Origin: a virus
Direction: 5' to 3' (one strand)
IMG/VR virus record: IMGVR_UViG_3300027911_000001
Coordinates: 1-64,000 of that record
DNA: 64,000 nucleotides
Below, in pieces: positions 41,874-49,688 of this stretch (positions are counted from its first letter, which is position 1; each line of letters begins with the position of its first letter). A program made the position numbers and the translations under genes. The notes beneath the pieces were generated by a model that saw only the letters and a program-made list of their open reading frames with translations, was not told the origin of the DNA and made no database searches.

Positions 41874-42587
41874 TATCTAGTCCATTCCCTAGCTATAGTC
41901 AATCTTTACTATAAGGACTAACCTTAGCGTGATATAAGGCAATAGTTTTTTGATTTTTACTCTCGACCTTTTAAACCTGCACGCTAGCGCGATGCGGGCA
42001 TTTTTGCGTCTAGTACCCTAGGCTAGGCCATTGAGGTCATTCCATCAAGTCTCATATAGTAGAGATAGGTCAAGGCTAGCAATGTCCTGTTTTATCAAAA
42101 CCGGCTATTTTTAATGATATCAACTAGTTAGTATAAATCTATGGGCGACGACATACCGACCGCATCATATATGCAACGCTTTTTTAGGACAATATAAAGA
42201 GAGCGTCCATATAACATATAGGTCATGACTAAGTAATAGGCAGTGTCCTGACACAGGCAAAATAATAATCATATCAATAGGTTAAGTATCTATCAAAGGC
42301 CTTGACAAAGCTAGCCGCACGACACAGTCTAACTATATAGTATCATTAGGGTATTTGATAAAAATAACGAAAACCGGGGAATTCAATCATTACGAGTTGT
42401 TAATCCCAATTATTACAGACACGCAATCTCTAATAAAATTTTTCCAAAAATATTTTTATAATTTTTCTGGATCCTATTCCTAATATAACGCCTCCCTTAC
42501 AGAAAGGGCTCTAGAATCGATTTTAATCCCTAGCACAATCTCCTTAGGTCCAAATTGATAAAACCCCTTATAGCCTCTTACAGGGCT

Positions 42588-42596
42588 TATGATATA
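42588..42596 (+). promoter_or_regulatory. TATGATATA box 8 nt before an SD-less ATG
   Basis: See 24914. Confidence 0.45.
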
Positions 42597-42604
42597 CAGG
42601 CAAT

Positions 42605-42739
42605 ATGACTTTATTTAAAAGAATTCTCTTTATATCGCTATTTATTCCATTATTCATATTTGTTTTGGCAAATATAGCTTCACTTGCTTTTTGGATCGCC
42701 GAACATGTTTATAGGTTTTGGGGTTTGGCCAATTTGTGA
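42605..42739 (+). CDS. membrane mini-protein (44 aa)
   Basis: Manual translation gives MTLFKRILFISLFIPLFIFVLANIASLAFWIAEHVYRFWGLANL. No SD. Confidence 0.45.
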   Translation: MTLFKRILFISLFIPLFIFVLANIASLAFWIAEHVYRFWGLANL

Positions 42740-42743
42740 TATA
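42735..42743 (+). promoter_or_regulatory. TGTGATATA box 8 nt before an SD-less ATG
   Basis: See 24914. Overlaps the stop of 42605..42739. Confidence 0.45.
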
Positions 42744-42751
42744 CTCTCTTT

Positions 42752-42949
42752 ATGAAATACCTAACTGCCGTTATATCGGTTCTTTGCCTTCCAACAGCCA
42801 TATACGCAAGCCTAATAGTGCTGGATATCTTTAGTAGAATAGTTAACGGTAATGGGAACGGTTTTCAAGACTATCTTTTTCTGATTTCTTCTATTTCCCT
42901 GCTCTTGTTGCCCTTGGTCTCATTGGCCAGGTTCATAAGGGAGTTTTAG
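42752..42949 (+). CDS. two-TM membrane mini-protein
   Basis: 65 aa, hydrophobic, with an NGNGNG loop. Confidence 0.6.
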   Translation: MKYLTAVISVLCLPTAIYASLIVLDIFSRIVNGNGNGFQDYLFLISSISLLLLPLVSLARFIREF

Positions 42950-42950
42950 T

Positions 42951-43148
42951 ATGACTAACACTGATCTCTTATGGTACTTATCAGGATGGCTAATTCTCGC
43001 CCTATCTGACTGGTGGCAGCAGGGCAAGCTGACTTACACCTCTATTTTATTAAATCTCCTCTGTTCCTTTTTGGGGCTATATGCGATAATTGTCCCGATC
43101 GGCTTTCTTTTAGTAAACGGTAACCATAGGATTAAGGATTCCAAATGA
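42951..43148 (+). CDS. two-TM membrane mini-protein
   Basis: 65 aa, Trp-rich and hydrophobic. Confidence 0.6.
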   Translation: MTNTDLLWYLSGWLILALSDWWQQGKLTYTSILLNLLCSFLGLYAIIVPIGFLLVNGNHRIKDSK

Positions 43149-43741
43149 AAGACGTAATAAATGTAACCTCCGGACCCCTAAAAATTGTAAATCTTTCGAC
43201 ATTTTTGAAATTCATAAACAGATCTGAATTTAATATAGATAGGCATGTATACCGATTTAATGTATTGGCCACTCAAGGAGCGATCAGTGCCCAATTTATA
43301 GAAGGCGATCTTGCCTCATCCCAAGCCGAATCTACCTATAATGCCACTCAAACCTATCTGTTGGATATTTCAGAAGAAGAAGCTTTTAAAACTGGAATCT
43401 ATAGTCAACTGTATCTGAATAACTTATATAAACGAGATGTCGTAAGTATTATTGAAGATGTGTCTGTTGATTGCCTCGAAAACTTTGGAATACCCACTCA
43501 TTTAGTTAGGATAGATCCTAGGACCTGGCTTATATGTAATCCAGATGACTTTACTTTGGTTTATAATCATAGAGGTAAAGCGGTAGTTTGTCGATCACGT
43601 CCCTCTAATAGGTTATTTACCATCGAACGTACGCTGGAATCTGATTTAATTGCAGGAACTAAGGTTCGATTTTCATATATATCTAATTTGATTGACTTAT
43701 CAGACGAATCCCTGCAAAAGCAGTTTCGTAAATTATCTTGA
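43145..43741 (+). CDS. hypothetical protein (orphan)
   Basis: 198-aa ORF, ATGA-coupled. No motif recognised. Confidence 0.75.
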   Translation: MKDVINVTSGPLKIVNLSTFLKFINRSEFNIDRHVYRFNVLATQGAISAQFIEGDLASSQAESTYNATQTYLLDISEEEAFKTGIYSQLYLNNLYKRDVVSIIEDVSVDCLENFGIPTHLVRIDPRTWLICNPDDFTLVYNHRGKAVVCRSRPSNRLFTIERTLESDLIAGTKVRFSYISNLIDLSDESLQKQFRKLS

Positions 43742-43758
43742 CTTATTAAAGGAATTTT

Positions 43759-44763
43759 ATGATCACCCTAACCCGTCTTGCAATGTCTTCTCTTGAAATA
43801 GTCTATTCCCGTAGGCTAACCCCTCATCGGCTTAAGCATTATACTTTCCACTTTTCTGATATATTGTTTTCAGGTAAATCTCCCGATATCTTTGCTATTG
43901 AAAGAATCGCCAAGCTAGAAGGCATCGGTTTAGACGAAGTTGAGATTAAGGGTGGTAGTCTCCAAGGTCCACCGGCAGAAGAAGTGCTCAAATCAAAGGA
44001 AGCCCCCTCCGTGCTGGAAGGCCTAAGTAAGGTCCGAAAACAGCTACTGAAGAGCAAGGGCTATGGGCTAGTTCATCAATATTTGGTTCCAAAGTCCAAC
44101 CCCTTGTTTTGTTTCTTGGGTCGTTTCATAGGCTCTCTCAACCAATTAATTGGCAAAGTTAACCTATTTTTGGCCCGTATTCGTTGTCTTACTATCCCAA
44201 CGCTACCTGAACCAGAATACGATCATAGGATGACTCAGGCTACCTGCCTATCTATTATCTTTGAGGCTGAAGACCTAGAGAAGGCAGTTTCAATATTCCG
44301 CAATGATCTTAGTACGTTGGCAGATAGAAAGCTTATCGTCGGTCACTTAGCAATGCCCTCCATGATGCTCTTGGCCGACACGGTTGGGAGTGGGCAATCA
44401 ACATATGTTATGTTTTGCTATCTATTCTTAGATCAGGATCGCCTAGCGGAGGTTCCAGGTTATATCCCCAATAGTTATAAGCTTCAACTGGGCGAATTGC
44501 TTGGTATTAAATGCGAAGGCACAGAAGGCGGCATTGGCTGTCGAGATCTCGAGCCTAGTTTAAAATACAATATCGAAAGAGTCTGTGTTGGCAGCCGAAT
44601 TCAAGAACGTAACGATGCCCATCATGATAGCTATATGGAAAGTTTAGAGCAAGTCAACAAGGTAGGTAAGGTTTTCGCAGATGCCCTGGCTGATCCTGAA
44701 AATGAGACTATTGCAAAACTCAAGGAAGATCTTAGGGTTAAGAACCCAAAGCCGACAGCATAA
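43759..44763 (+). CDS. hypothetical protein (orphan)
   Basis: 334-aa ORF with AAAGGAA upstream. No motif recognised. Confidence 0.8.
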   Translation: MITLTRLAMSSLEIVYSRRLTPHRLKHYTFHFSDILFSGKSPDIFAIERIAKLEGIGLDEVEIKGGSLQGPPAEEVLKSKEAPSVLEGLSKVRKQLLKSKGYGLVHQYLVPKSNPLFCFLGRFIGSLNQLIGKVNLFLARIRCLTIPTLPEPEYDHRMTQATCLSIIFEAEDLEKAVSIFRNDLSTLADRKLIVGHLAMPSMMLLADTVGSGQSTYVMFCYLFLDQDRLAEVPGYIPNSYKLQLGELLGIKCEGTEGGIGCRDLEPSLKYNIERVCVGSRIQERNDAHHDSYMESLEQVNKVGKVFADALADPENETIAKLKEDLRVKNPKPTA

Positions 44764-44842
44764 TCAAGATTATATTACAGGCAATCGACACTAATGTCCA
44801 CTTCCCTCGTTATATATGGACTCGGAAGGGAACTCCGAACCC

Positions 44843-44888
44843 ATATTAGCTCCATTACCTAATATTAGCACTTATTAGCCAATATTAC
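44843..44888. repeat. (A/T)TATTAGC operator-like array
   Basis: ATATTAGC at 44843 and 44862, TTATTAGC at 44872, ATATTAC at 44882, and a further ATATTAG at 44922. Confidence 0.6.
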
Positions 44889-44963
44889 TAATAAATCCCT
44901 AAAACTGCCCTTCATAGGGAAATATTAGAATTGTACATTGTAATGATCATAAAGACCCTTAAC

Positions 44964-44979
44964 GTACACTATAGTGTAC
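44964..44979. repeat. perfect 16-bp palindrome GTACACTATAGTGTAC
   Basis: Flanked by further TGTAC(A) half-sites at about 44932 and about 45013. Confidence 0.85.
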
Positions 44980-45153
44980 AATCCTGAGATATGCAGAAAA
45001 GACTGTTTAACGGTACATTCTGCAAATTATAGGGGTTCCGGAAAATAAACGGAAGACCTGTAATGGTTATTACAAATCATAATATGTAATAAATTCAACT
45101 ATTTCTCATTTATTAAATTGATTTTACCTATATATGCAAATATAATTTATAGG

Positions 45154-45663
45154 CTATTCTTTAACAATACCCAAAATACAACCAAAAATCTTTAATACGT
45201 TATTTAATTTACCGATATCGTTAATAGGTTTTCCAGATTCTAGAGCGCTAATATATTTTTGTGATGTTTTAGCTTTAATAGCTAAGTCCATTTGTGTCAT
45301 ATCCGCATGCCTTCTGCTATTTCTTACAAATGTGGGTATAGCTCCTTCTATGTTAGCGTTTGAGATCGGAGCCTCTACGTCAAATGATCTGGGCTCAGAA
45401 ATCAAAGAATTGAACAAAGGATTTCCCTTTTCAAATTCTTTAGATATTTCCGATTGTTCCAACTTAAAAGCGTCTTCTTCCGTATTGCATATGTGTAGTA
45501 TTTCTACAGAATAAGCGAGACCTTTATTGTTTAGTGTCTTTACGTACAATTTCCAGGCCGTTGAACGATCTTTTTGAGCATAACAACGATTTCCCGTTCC
45601 TTTTCCTATATAAAAAGGTTTTTTATTTTCTGGGTTGATATGAGAGTAAACGTAATATTTCAT
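45154..45663 (-). CDS. GIY-YIG nuclease domain fused to an XRE-type HTH
   Basis: YYVYSHINPENKKPFYIGKGTGNR gives the GIY-YIG motif. The C-terminal MTQMDLAIKAKTSQKYISALESGK gives the HTH. Confidence 0.7.
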   Translation of the reverse strand: MKYYVYSHINPENKKPFYIGKGTGNRCYAQKDRSTAWKLYVKTLNNKGLAYSVEILHICNTEEDAFKLEQSEISKEFEKGNPLFNSLISEPRSFDVEAPISNANIEGAIPTFVRNSRRHADMTQMDLAIKAKTSQKYISALESGKPINDIGKLNNVLKIFGCILGIVKE

Positions 45664-45695
45664 AAATACACCATATCACAAAAAATATCCATATG

Positions 45696-46160
45696 TTATA
45701 ATTTGTCTGTATCGATAACCACATTTAGGTATTCTAAAGGACTAGCCAGTGTCATTTGGATATCCACCAAAACCAAGTCTTTAGGGTTAGGTTCCAGATA
45801 CTTGGGCATATCTAGCCGGTAAGGAAATTCTGAAACGTCCTTATCTGGATTTTCATCTACCCATTCTAGGTAATCAAGTTCATGTTGTAGCTTTATGATT
45901 TTTCTTTCCAGATCTCCATGCTTTTTGAGCGGGAACCTATTATAAACAAACCATTTTATCTTTTCTTTTATGGTCATCTTATTCCAGGCGCTATCGCAAT
46001 TACTAACAAAGGTATTTTTAACCCCTGGAGTATTAGACAGGGCTTCCGCCATTATATTGCTTATAGCTTTCCTGGCCTTCTTAGTGTTTTTGGTTCCCAC
46101 GAATCTAAGTAGGTTAAGCTTGAGATTTGCCTGGAACTCTTTCAATTCTTGATCGGTCAT
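45696..46160 (-). CDS. hypothetical protein
   Basis: Start moved to ATG 46160 (ATGA-coupled). Confidence 0.7.
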   Translation of the reverse strand: MTDQELKEFQANLKLNLLRFVGTKNTKKARKAISNIMAEALSNTPGVKNTFVSNCDSAWNKMTIKEKIKWFVYNRFPLKKHGDLERKIIKLQHELDYLEWVDENPDKDVSEFPYRLDMPKYLEPNPKDLVLVDIQMTLASPLEYLNVVIDTDKL

Positions 46161-46324
46161 TTGGTCTCTTTCGCTGGTTGATACCAATGCCAGCATTCTT
46201 TTGGGATATTATAATCCCCGAACCAGTCTCGATACACAATACGATTGCAGTACTCTAAGCTATAGTTTTGTTTGGTACATGCCGTAAAGAATAACCCGAT
46301 AATTACAATATAGGTAATTTTCAT
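46157..46324 (-). CDS. small lipoprotein candidate (55 aa)
   Basis: MKITYIVIIGLFFTAC carries a lipobox-like FTAC. Start moved to ATG 46324 (ATGA-coupled). Confidence 0.5.
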   Translation of the reverse strand: MKITYIVIIGLFFTACTKQNYSLEYCNRIVYRDWFGDYNIPKECWHWYQPAKETK

Positions 46325-46872
46325 TCCAAAGCTTCTTTCTTCAGTTCCGCAATGAAAACCGGCCAAACACGTTCCATAAAGGCCACTAAACTCGGATGTG
46401 TACCGCTAACCCAAGGGATATCGTATGGATTATTATCATAGATCTTTTCCATTAGAGTAGGCGCCTGATCGACTAGAGTCGAGTACAGCTCAGTACTAGT
46501 TTTGTGATCATTGCCCTCTATGTCATCTAGTTCGAGGGTACAAGTGAGGGCTTCAACTTTATCAATACTTCCCTGTTTATATTTTTCTGCAATCTCTGCC
46601 CTAATGTTATCTATAGTTTTATCATCAAAAAAGTGTTCATTTTTGCCCCCATAACCAAATTTTTGCATAACATACGAATCATTGGTTGATAAGAGGAATT
46701 GTTTTAAAGTTACGCCTATGCCTCTGGCTGTCCACCAATAGGCATAGTTACCATAGTCGGATTGAATGCTAATATCGCCGGATTGGTCATCAACCATAAT
46801 ATGGGCTTGCCATTGGCCTCTTTCGTCTCTAATTGTATATTTTTCTACTGTTGTCTTTTTCACTCTGCTCAT
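46321..46872 (-). CDS. hypothetical protein
   Basis: 183-aa ORF. Confidence 0.75.
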   Translation of the reverse strand: MSRVKKTTVEKYTIRDERGQWQAHIMVDDQSGDISIQSDYGNYAYWWTARGIGVTLKQFLLSTNDSYVMQKFGYGGKNEHFFDDKTIDNIRAEIAEKYKQGSIDKVEALTCTLELDDIEGNDHKTSTELYSTLVDQAPTLMEKIYDNNPYDIPWVSGTHPSLVAFMERVWPVFIAELKKEALE

Positions 46873-47090
46873 TTTAGTACCTTCCCTAATAAATGTTGAT
46901 AGTGTGTATGGCTGTGCGAGGTAAGAACTGCCAAAACTACTGATAGCACAAATGCTACTTTAAATAATTCCCAAACCTTTGGAATAGTATCAACGTCACC
47001 TTTCCACACTTTAGCGCCCACAACAAAGGCGAAAATAGCGCCTACGTGGATGACGTACATGTGGCCCCATTGAACCAAATAAGAAATCAC
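46869..47090 (-). CDS. small membrane protein
   Basis: GTG start at 47090, 5 nt after AAGGAG and GTGA-coupled to the upstream gene. The track ORF extends to 47111. Confidence 0.55.
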   Translation of the reverse strand: MISYLVQWGHMYVIHVGAIFAFVVGAKVWKGDVDTIPKVWELFKVAFVLSVVLAVLTSHSHTHYQHLLGKVLK

Positions 47091-47395
47091 GACTTCTCCT
47101 TTTGGTCGCATTTGGTACAGAACCTATAAGAATCCGTAAATCCTTGATAATCTATCCATTTGTGACTGCATCCGTTTGTGTTAATATTTGAACGTATAGC
47201 AGGCTTACCATTTATATATCGGCCATTTTTTATATCGAATTCTTCAACGGTCATCAAATATTCTCCAAATGACGGAAATTTATTTTTCTGAAAAGACACC
47301 GTATAAAGATCTCCAAGCGCCGGATGATACCCTGTAATTTCACCCCATTCTTTTTGGACTTTACAGTATACTGTATCACCCACTTTAAGTCTCAC
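47087..47395 (-). CDS. SH3-like N-terminus + C-terminal CxH...CTKC zinc-ribbon paralog 3
   Basis: GDTVYCKVQKEWGEITGY ... CSHKWIDYQGFTDSYRFCTKCDQKEK. GTG start after AAGGAG. Confidence 0.7.
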   Translation of the reverse strand: MRLKVGDTVYCKVQKEWGEITGYHPALGDLYTVSFQKNKFPSFGEYLMTVEEFDIKNGRYINGKPAIRSNINTNGCSHKWIDYQGFTDSYRFCTKCDQKEKS

Positions 47396-47766
47396 GGTTT
47401 CTCCTTTTGATTACACTTTGTACAAAAACGATAAGCTTCCATCAATCCTTGATAGTCTTGCCAGGTATGTTCGCAAGATACCTTAGTCTTTCTATTTAGG
47501 CTATTTTGCATAGTTTCTGTCTTTTCATCCACATAGGTTAGATCACTTTGAGGCAAGCTTTCTATCTTGGTTCTAGGGACTATATAAAGAATTTGTCCAG
47601 TGCCATCCATATCCTCAAATCCTTCGTATTCGAATGAGACATCGTAGGTAACGTCGCTATTCGGAGCGCCAGCGGAACAGCTATAATAGTAGCTTATAAT
47701 TTCTCCAATGTTATTCATTGATCTTGAATATACGCGGTCTCCAATACTAAACAGAGGTGTTGCCAT
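47392..47766 (-). CDS. paralog 2 of the same family
   Basis: IGDRVYSRSMNNIGEIISYY ... CEHTWQDYQGLMEAYRFCTKCNQKEK. Start moved to ATG 47766 after AAGGAAA. Confidence 0.7.
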   Translation of the reverse strand: MATPLFSIGDRVYSRSMNNIGEIISYYYSCSAGAPNSDVTYDVSFEYEGFEDMDGTGQILYIVPRTKIESLPQSDLTYVDEKTETMQNSLNRKTKVSCEHTWQDYQGLMEAYRFCTKCNQKEKP

Positions 47767-47767
47767 T

Positions 47768-48124
47768 CTAATTTTCCTTCTTATTGCATTTTGTGCAGAA
47801 TTGATAGGATTCAATTAAGCCCTGATACGGCTGCCATTGGTGGTCACATGCTACTGTATTTGAAGCCTTTCCTTCTAGGATGGCCCTTTCAGCGCTTTCG
47901 CTTACGGCACATATATCGTCTTCGGGTAATTGGACATGGACATATCTGGGTAATACTTCAGCTATCCAAGTTCCATCTACAGGGATAGCGGCTAAGTCTG
48001 TAAACATCACGTCATATATTGGTTGATTCGGCGGTCTATGATTAAATCCGCATACAATGCCTATTTTTTGTTTAGAAAACGAATATACGTGTTCTCCAGG
48101 ATTATACCATCTATTTTTGGGCAT
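47768..48124 (-). CDS. paralog 1 of the same family
   Basis: PGEHVYSFSKQKIGIVCGF ... CDHQWQPYQGLIESYQFCTKCNKKEN. Confidence 0.7.
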   Translation of the reverse strand: MPKNRWYNPGEHVYSFSKQKIGIVCGFNHRPPNQPIYDVMFTDLAAIPVDGTWIAEVLPRYVHVQLPEDDICAVSESAERAILEGKASNTVACDHQWQPYQGLIESYQFCTKCNKKEN

Positions 48125-48142
48125 ATCTATTCTCCAATATAG

Positions 48143-48171
48143 ACTTTATCAGGCAATACCCCAAAAGTCAA
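48143..48171 (-). promoter_or_regulatory. sigma70-type promoter (TTGACT-17-TAAAGT)
   Basis: Read on the minus strand. Drives 47768..48124. Confidence 0.55.
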
Positions 48172-48185
48172 GCTAAAAATATCTA

Positions 48186-48214
48186 TTGACAAAGTGGTTC
48201 TATTAGGTTAGCCT
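48186..48214 (+). promoter_or_regulatory. sigma70-type promoter (TTGACA-17-TAGCCT)
   Basis: Divergent partner of the promoter at 48143. Drives 48231 onward. Confidence 0.55.
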
Positions 48215-48230
48215 ATCAATAGGAGACCCT

Positions 48231-48596
48231 ATGGGCGCCACTGGACATATTGCAATCTACAGCTATTCCAAATTTATGGATCAATTTGATGAAGAAATCA
48301 TTGATTCCTTCATGGCCCACTTTACTAGTTTTAAGATGTATATCCAGTCTTTGGAAGGCAAATACTATATAACTAGATATGGGGGCGATAATTTTCGATC
48401 AGGTATTAGCGATCTATATGATGTTGTGGATCAATGCTATAATGTAGAGACTGATTCTTTTAATAAGGAATCGCGAGCTTATGAAGAGCTTGCTGCTAAA
48501 TATTTTATGAAGCTCTTGAATAGACAAGCATTTTACGAAATGACTCAATTTTTGGAAAAGGAATGCCGGTTGACTAGTTGGGAGGTCTGGACATGA
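48231..48596 (+). CDS. hypothetical protein
   Basis: 121-aa ORF with AGGAGA upstream. Confidence 0.7.
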   Translation: MGATGHIAIYSYSKFMDQFDEEIIDSFMAHFTSFKMYIQSLEGKYYITRYGGDNFRSGISDLYDVVDQCYNVETDSFNKESRAYEELAAKYFMKLLNRQAFYEMTQFLEKECRLTSWEVWT

Positions 48597-48832
48597 AGAA
48601 GATTATGTTTTGGTGTTTATTTCTGTCTATGACATACGCTTGTGATTTAGATCATAAAAAATATATTCACTCCGAACTGAAATACGCCGTTGAGGTATGG
48701 GAGTATAGAAAATCATATGAATGTGAGTCGTATTATAATGAAGCAGCCGAGAATTGTTTTGAGGCGTATTCTCACGGTCACGTATCAAAGCTTATTTTTG
48801 GCAAATCTTTTGTGGAGGTATCAGAAAAATGA
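48593..48832 (+). CDS. small secreted protein candidate
   Basis: Start moved to ATG 48593 (MKKIMFWCLFLSMTYAC) after GGAGG. Confidence 0.6.
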   Translation: MKKIMFWCLFLSMTYACDLDHKKYIHSELKYAVEVWEYRKSYECESYYNEAAENCFEAYSHGHVSKLIFGKSFVEVSEK

Positions 48833-48966
48833 AGAAAGAAACTGTATCTATGAATAAAACGTTACTTTTGCTATCTGTGCTATTGGCCATTATGCTTTGG
48901 GCAGTTCGTAAGTTTGTACAAACCGATCATCCGAGGCCGCCACTGATTCATCGTAGGATTAAGTAG
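48829..48966 (+). CDS. membrane mini-protein (45 aa)
   Basis: Manual translation gives MKKETVSMNKTLLLLSVLLAIMLWAVRKF.... ATGA-coupled. Confidence 0.45.
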   Translation: MKKETVSMNKTLLLLSVLLAIMLWAVRKFVQTDHPRPPLIHRRIK

Positions 48967-49034
48967 TGTGTAAGGAAGAGATTGTGGTATATACCATTTT
49001 ATTTGTATTGGCTTATATTTTTGAGGATTAAGAT

Positions 49035-49505
49035 ATGAACGCTAAAGAATTCGCAATAGCAGCCCATGGAGAACAGAAATACGGAGATTTGCCGTACTCT
49101 TATCATTTGGAAAAAGTAGCGGAAGCTTTAGAAAGATTTGGCTATAACGATCCAGAGCTTATATCAGCTGCATGGTTACATGATGTGGTAGAGGATACCG
49201 ATACCACCATAGAAGAAGTAAGAAAAGAGTTTGGCGATAGAGTTGCTGAATTGGTTTTCGCTGTTACAAACGAGCCTGGCATTAATCGAAAAGAAAGACA
49301 TTCTAAGACATATATTAAGATTAAAAAATTAAGTGATGCTATCGTTTTAAAGTTAGCGGACAGAATAGCTAATACTGAATCTTCTATAGAAACTAAGTCT
49401 AAATTATTAGGTATGTACAAAAAAGAATTTCCTCATTTTAAGGAAGCATTAAAAGGAACTCAAGCCCTGGAAATGTGGGATTACTTAGAAAGTATATCCA
49501 AGTAA
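49035..49505 (+). CDS. HD-domain hydrolase, SpoT/Mesh1-type small alarmone hydrolase-like
   Basis: AAHGEQKYGDLPYSYHLEKVA ... AAWLHDVVEDT ... LADRIAN match the HD_4-type blocks. Confidence 0.75.
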   Translation: MNAKEFAIAAHGEQKYGDLPYSYHLEKVAEALERFGYNDPELISAAWLHDVVEDTDTTIEEVRKEFGDRVAELVFAVTNEPGINRKERHSKTYIKIKKLSDAIVLKLADRIANTESSIETKSKLLGMYKKEFPHFKEALKGTQALEMWDYLESISK

Positions 49506-49511
49506 GGAATT

Positions 49512-49688
49512 ATGAATATGACAAAAGAAGACCTGTTAAACTTAGAAGAAAGACTGGATATTATAGAGCTTAAATTAGAAAGACTAATCGATAATTTATT
49601 GCCGGAAGACGAAAAGAAAACGGTTGATATGTACATAAGCGATATAAAGACTTATTATTGGGAAAAGAGAATGGGTGAAGATTTATGA
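49512..49688 (+). CDS. small hypothetical protein (58 aa)
   Basis: Manual translation gives MNMTKEDLLNLEERLDIIELKLERL.... AAGGAA upstream. ATGA-coupled downstream. Confidence 0.5.
   Translation: MNMTKEDLLNLEERLDIIELKLERLIDNLLPEDEKKTVDMYISDIKTYYWEKRMGEDL

Larger units (their letters stand above)
41446..42587. other. 1.1-kb ORF-free, repeat- and palindrome-rich tract at a divergent strand switch
   Basis: No ORF of 60 aa or more in any frame from 40897 to 42751. I found no SD-led short ORF in 41446-42587. AGACGC occurs 5 times within 41676-42011. 11-bp inverted repeat at 41715/41766 and a 7+1+7 palindrome at 41844-41858. Confidence 0.7.

Noticed and set aside
42841-42862. Similarity of AACGGTAATGGGAACGG to the (AACGGG)n array at 24667
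   Set aside because: It lies inside a CDS and encodes an NGNGNG loop. It is an imperfect and short match, most likely coincidence.
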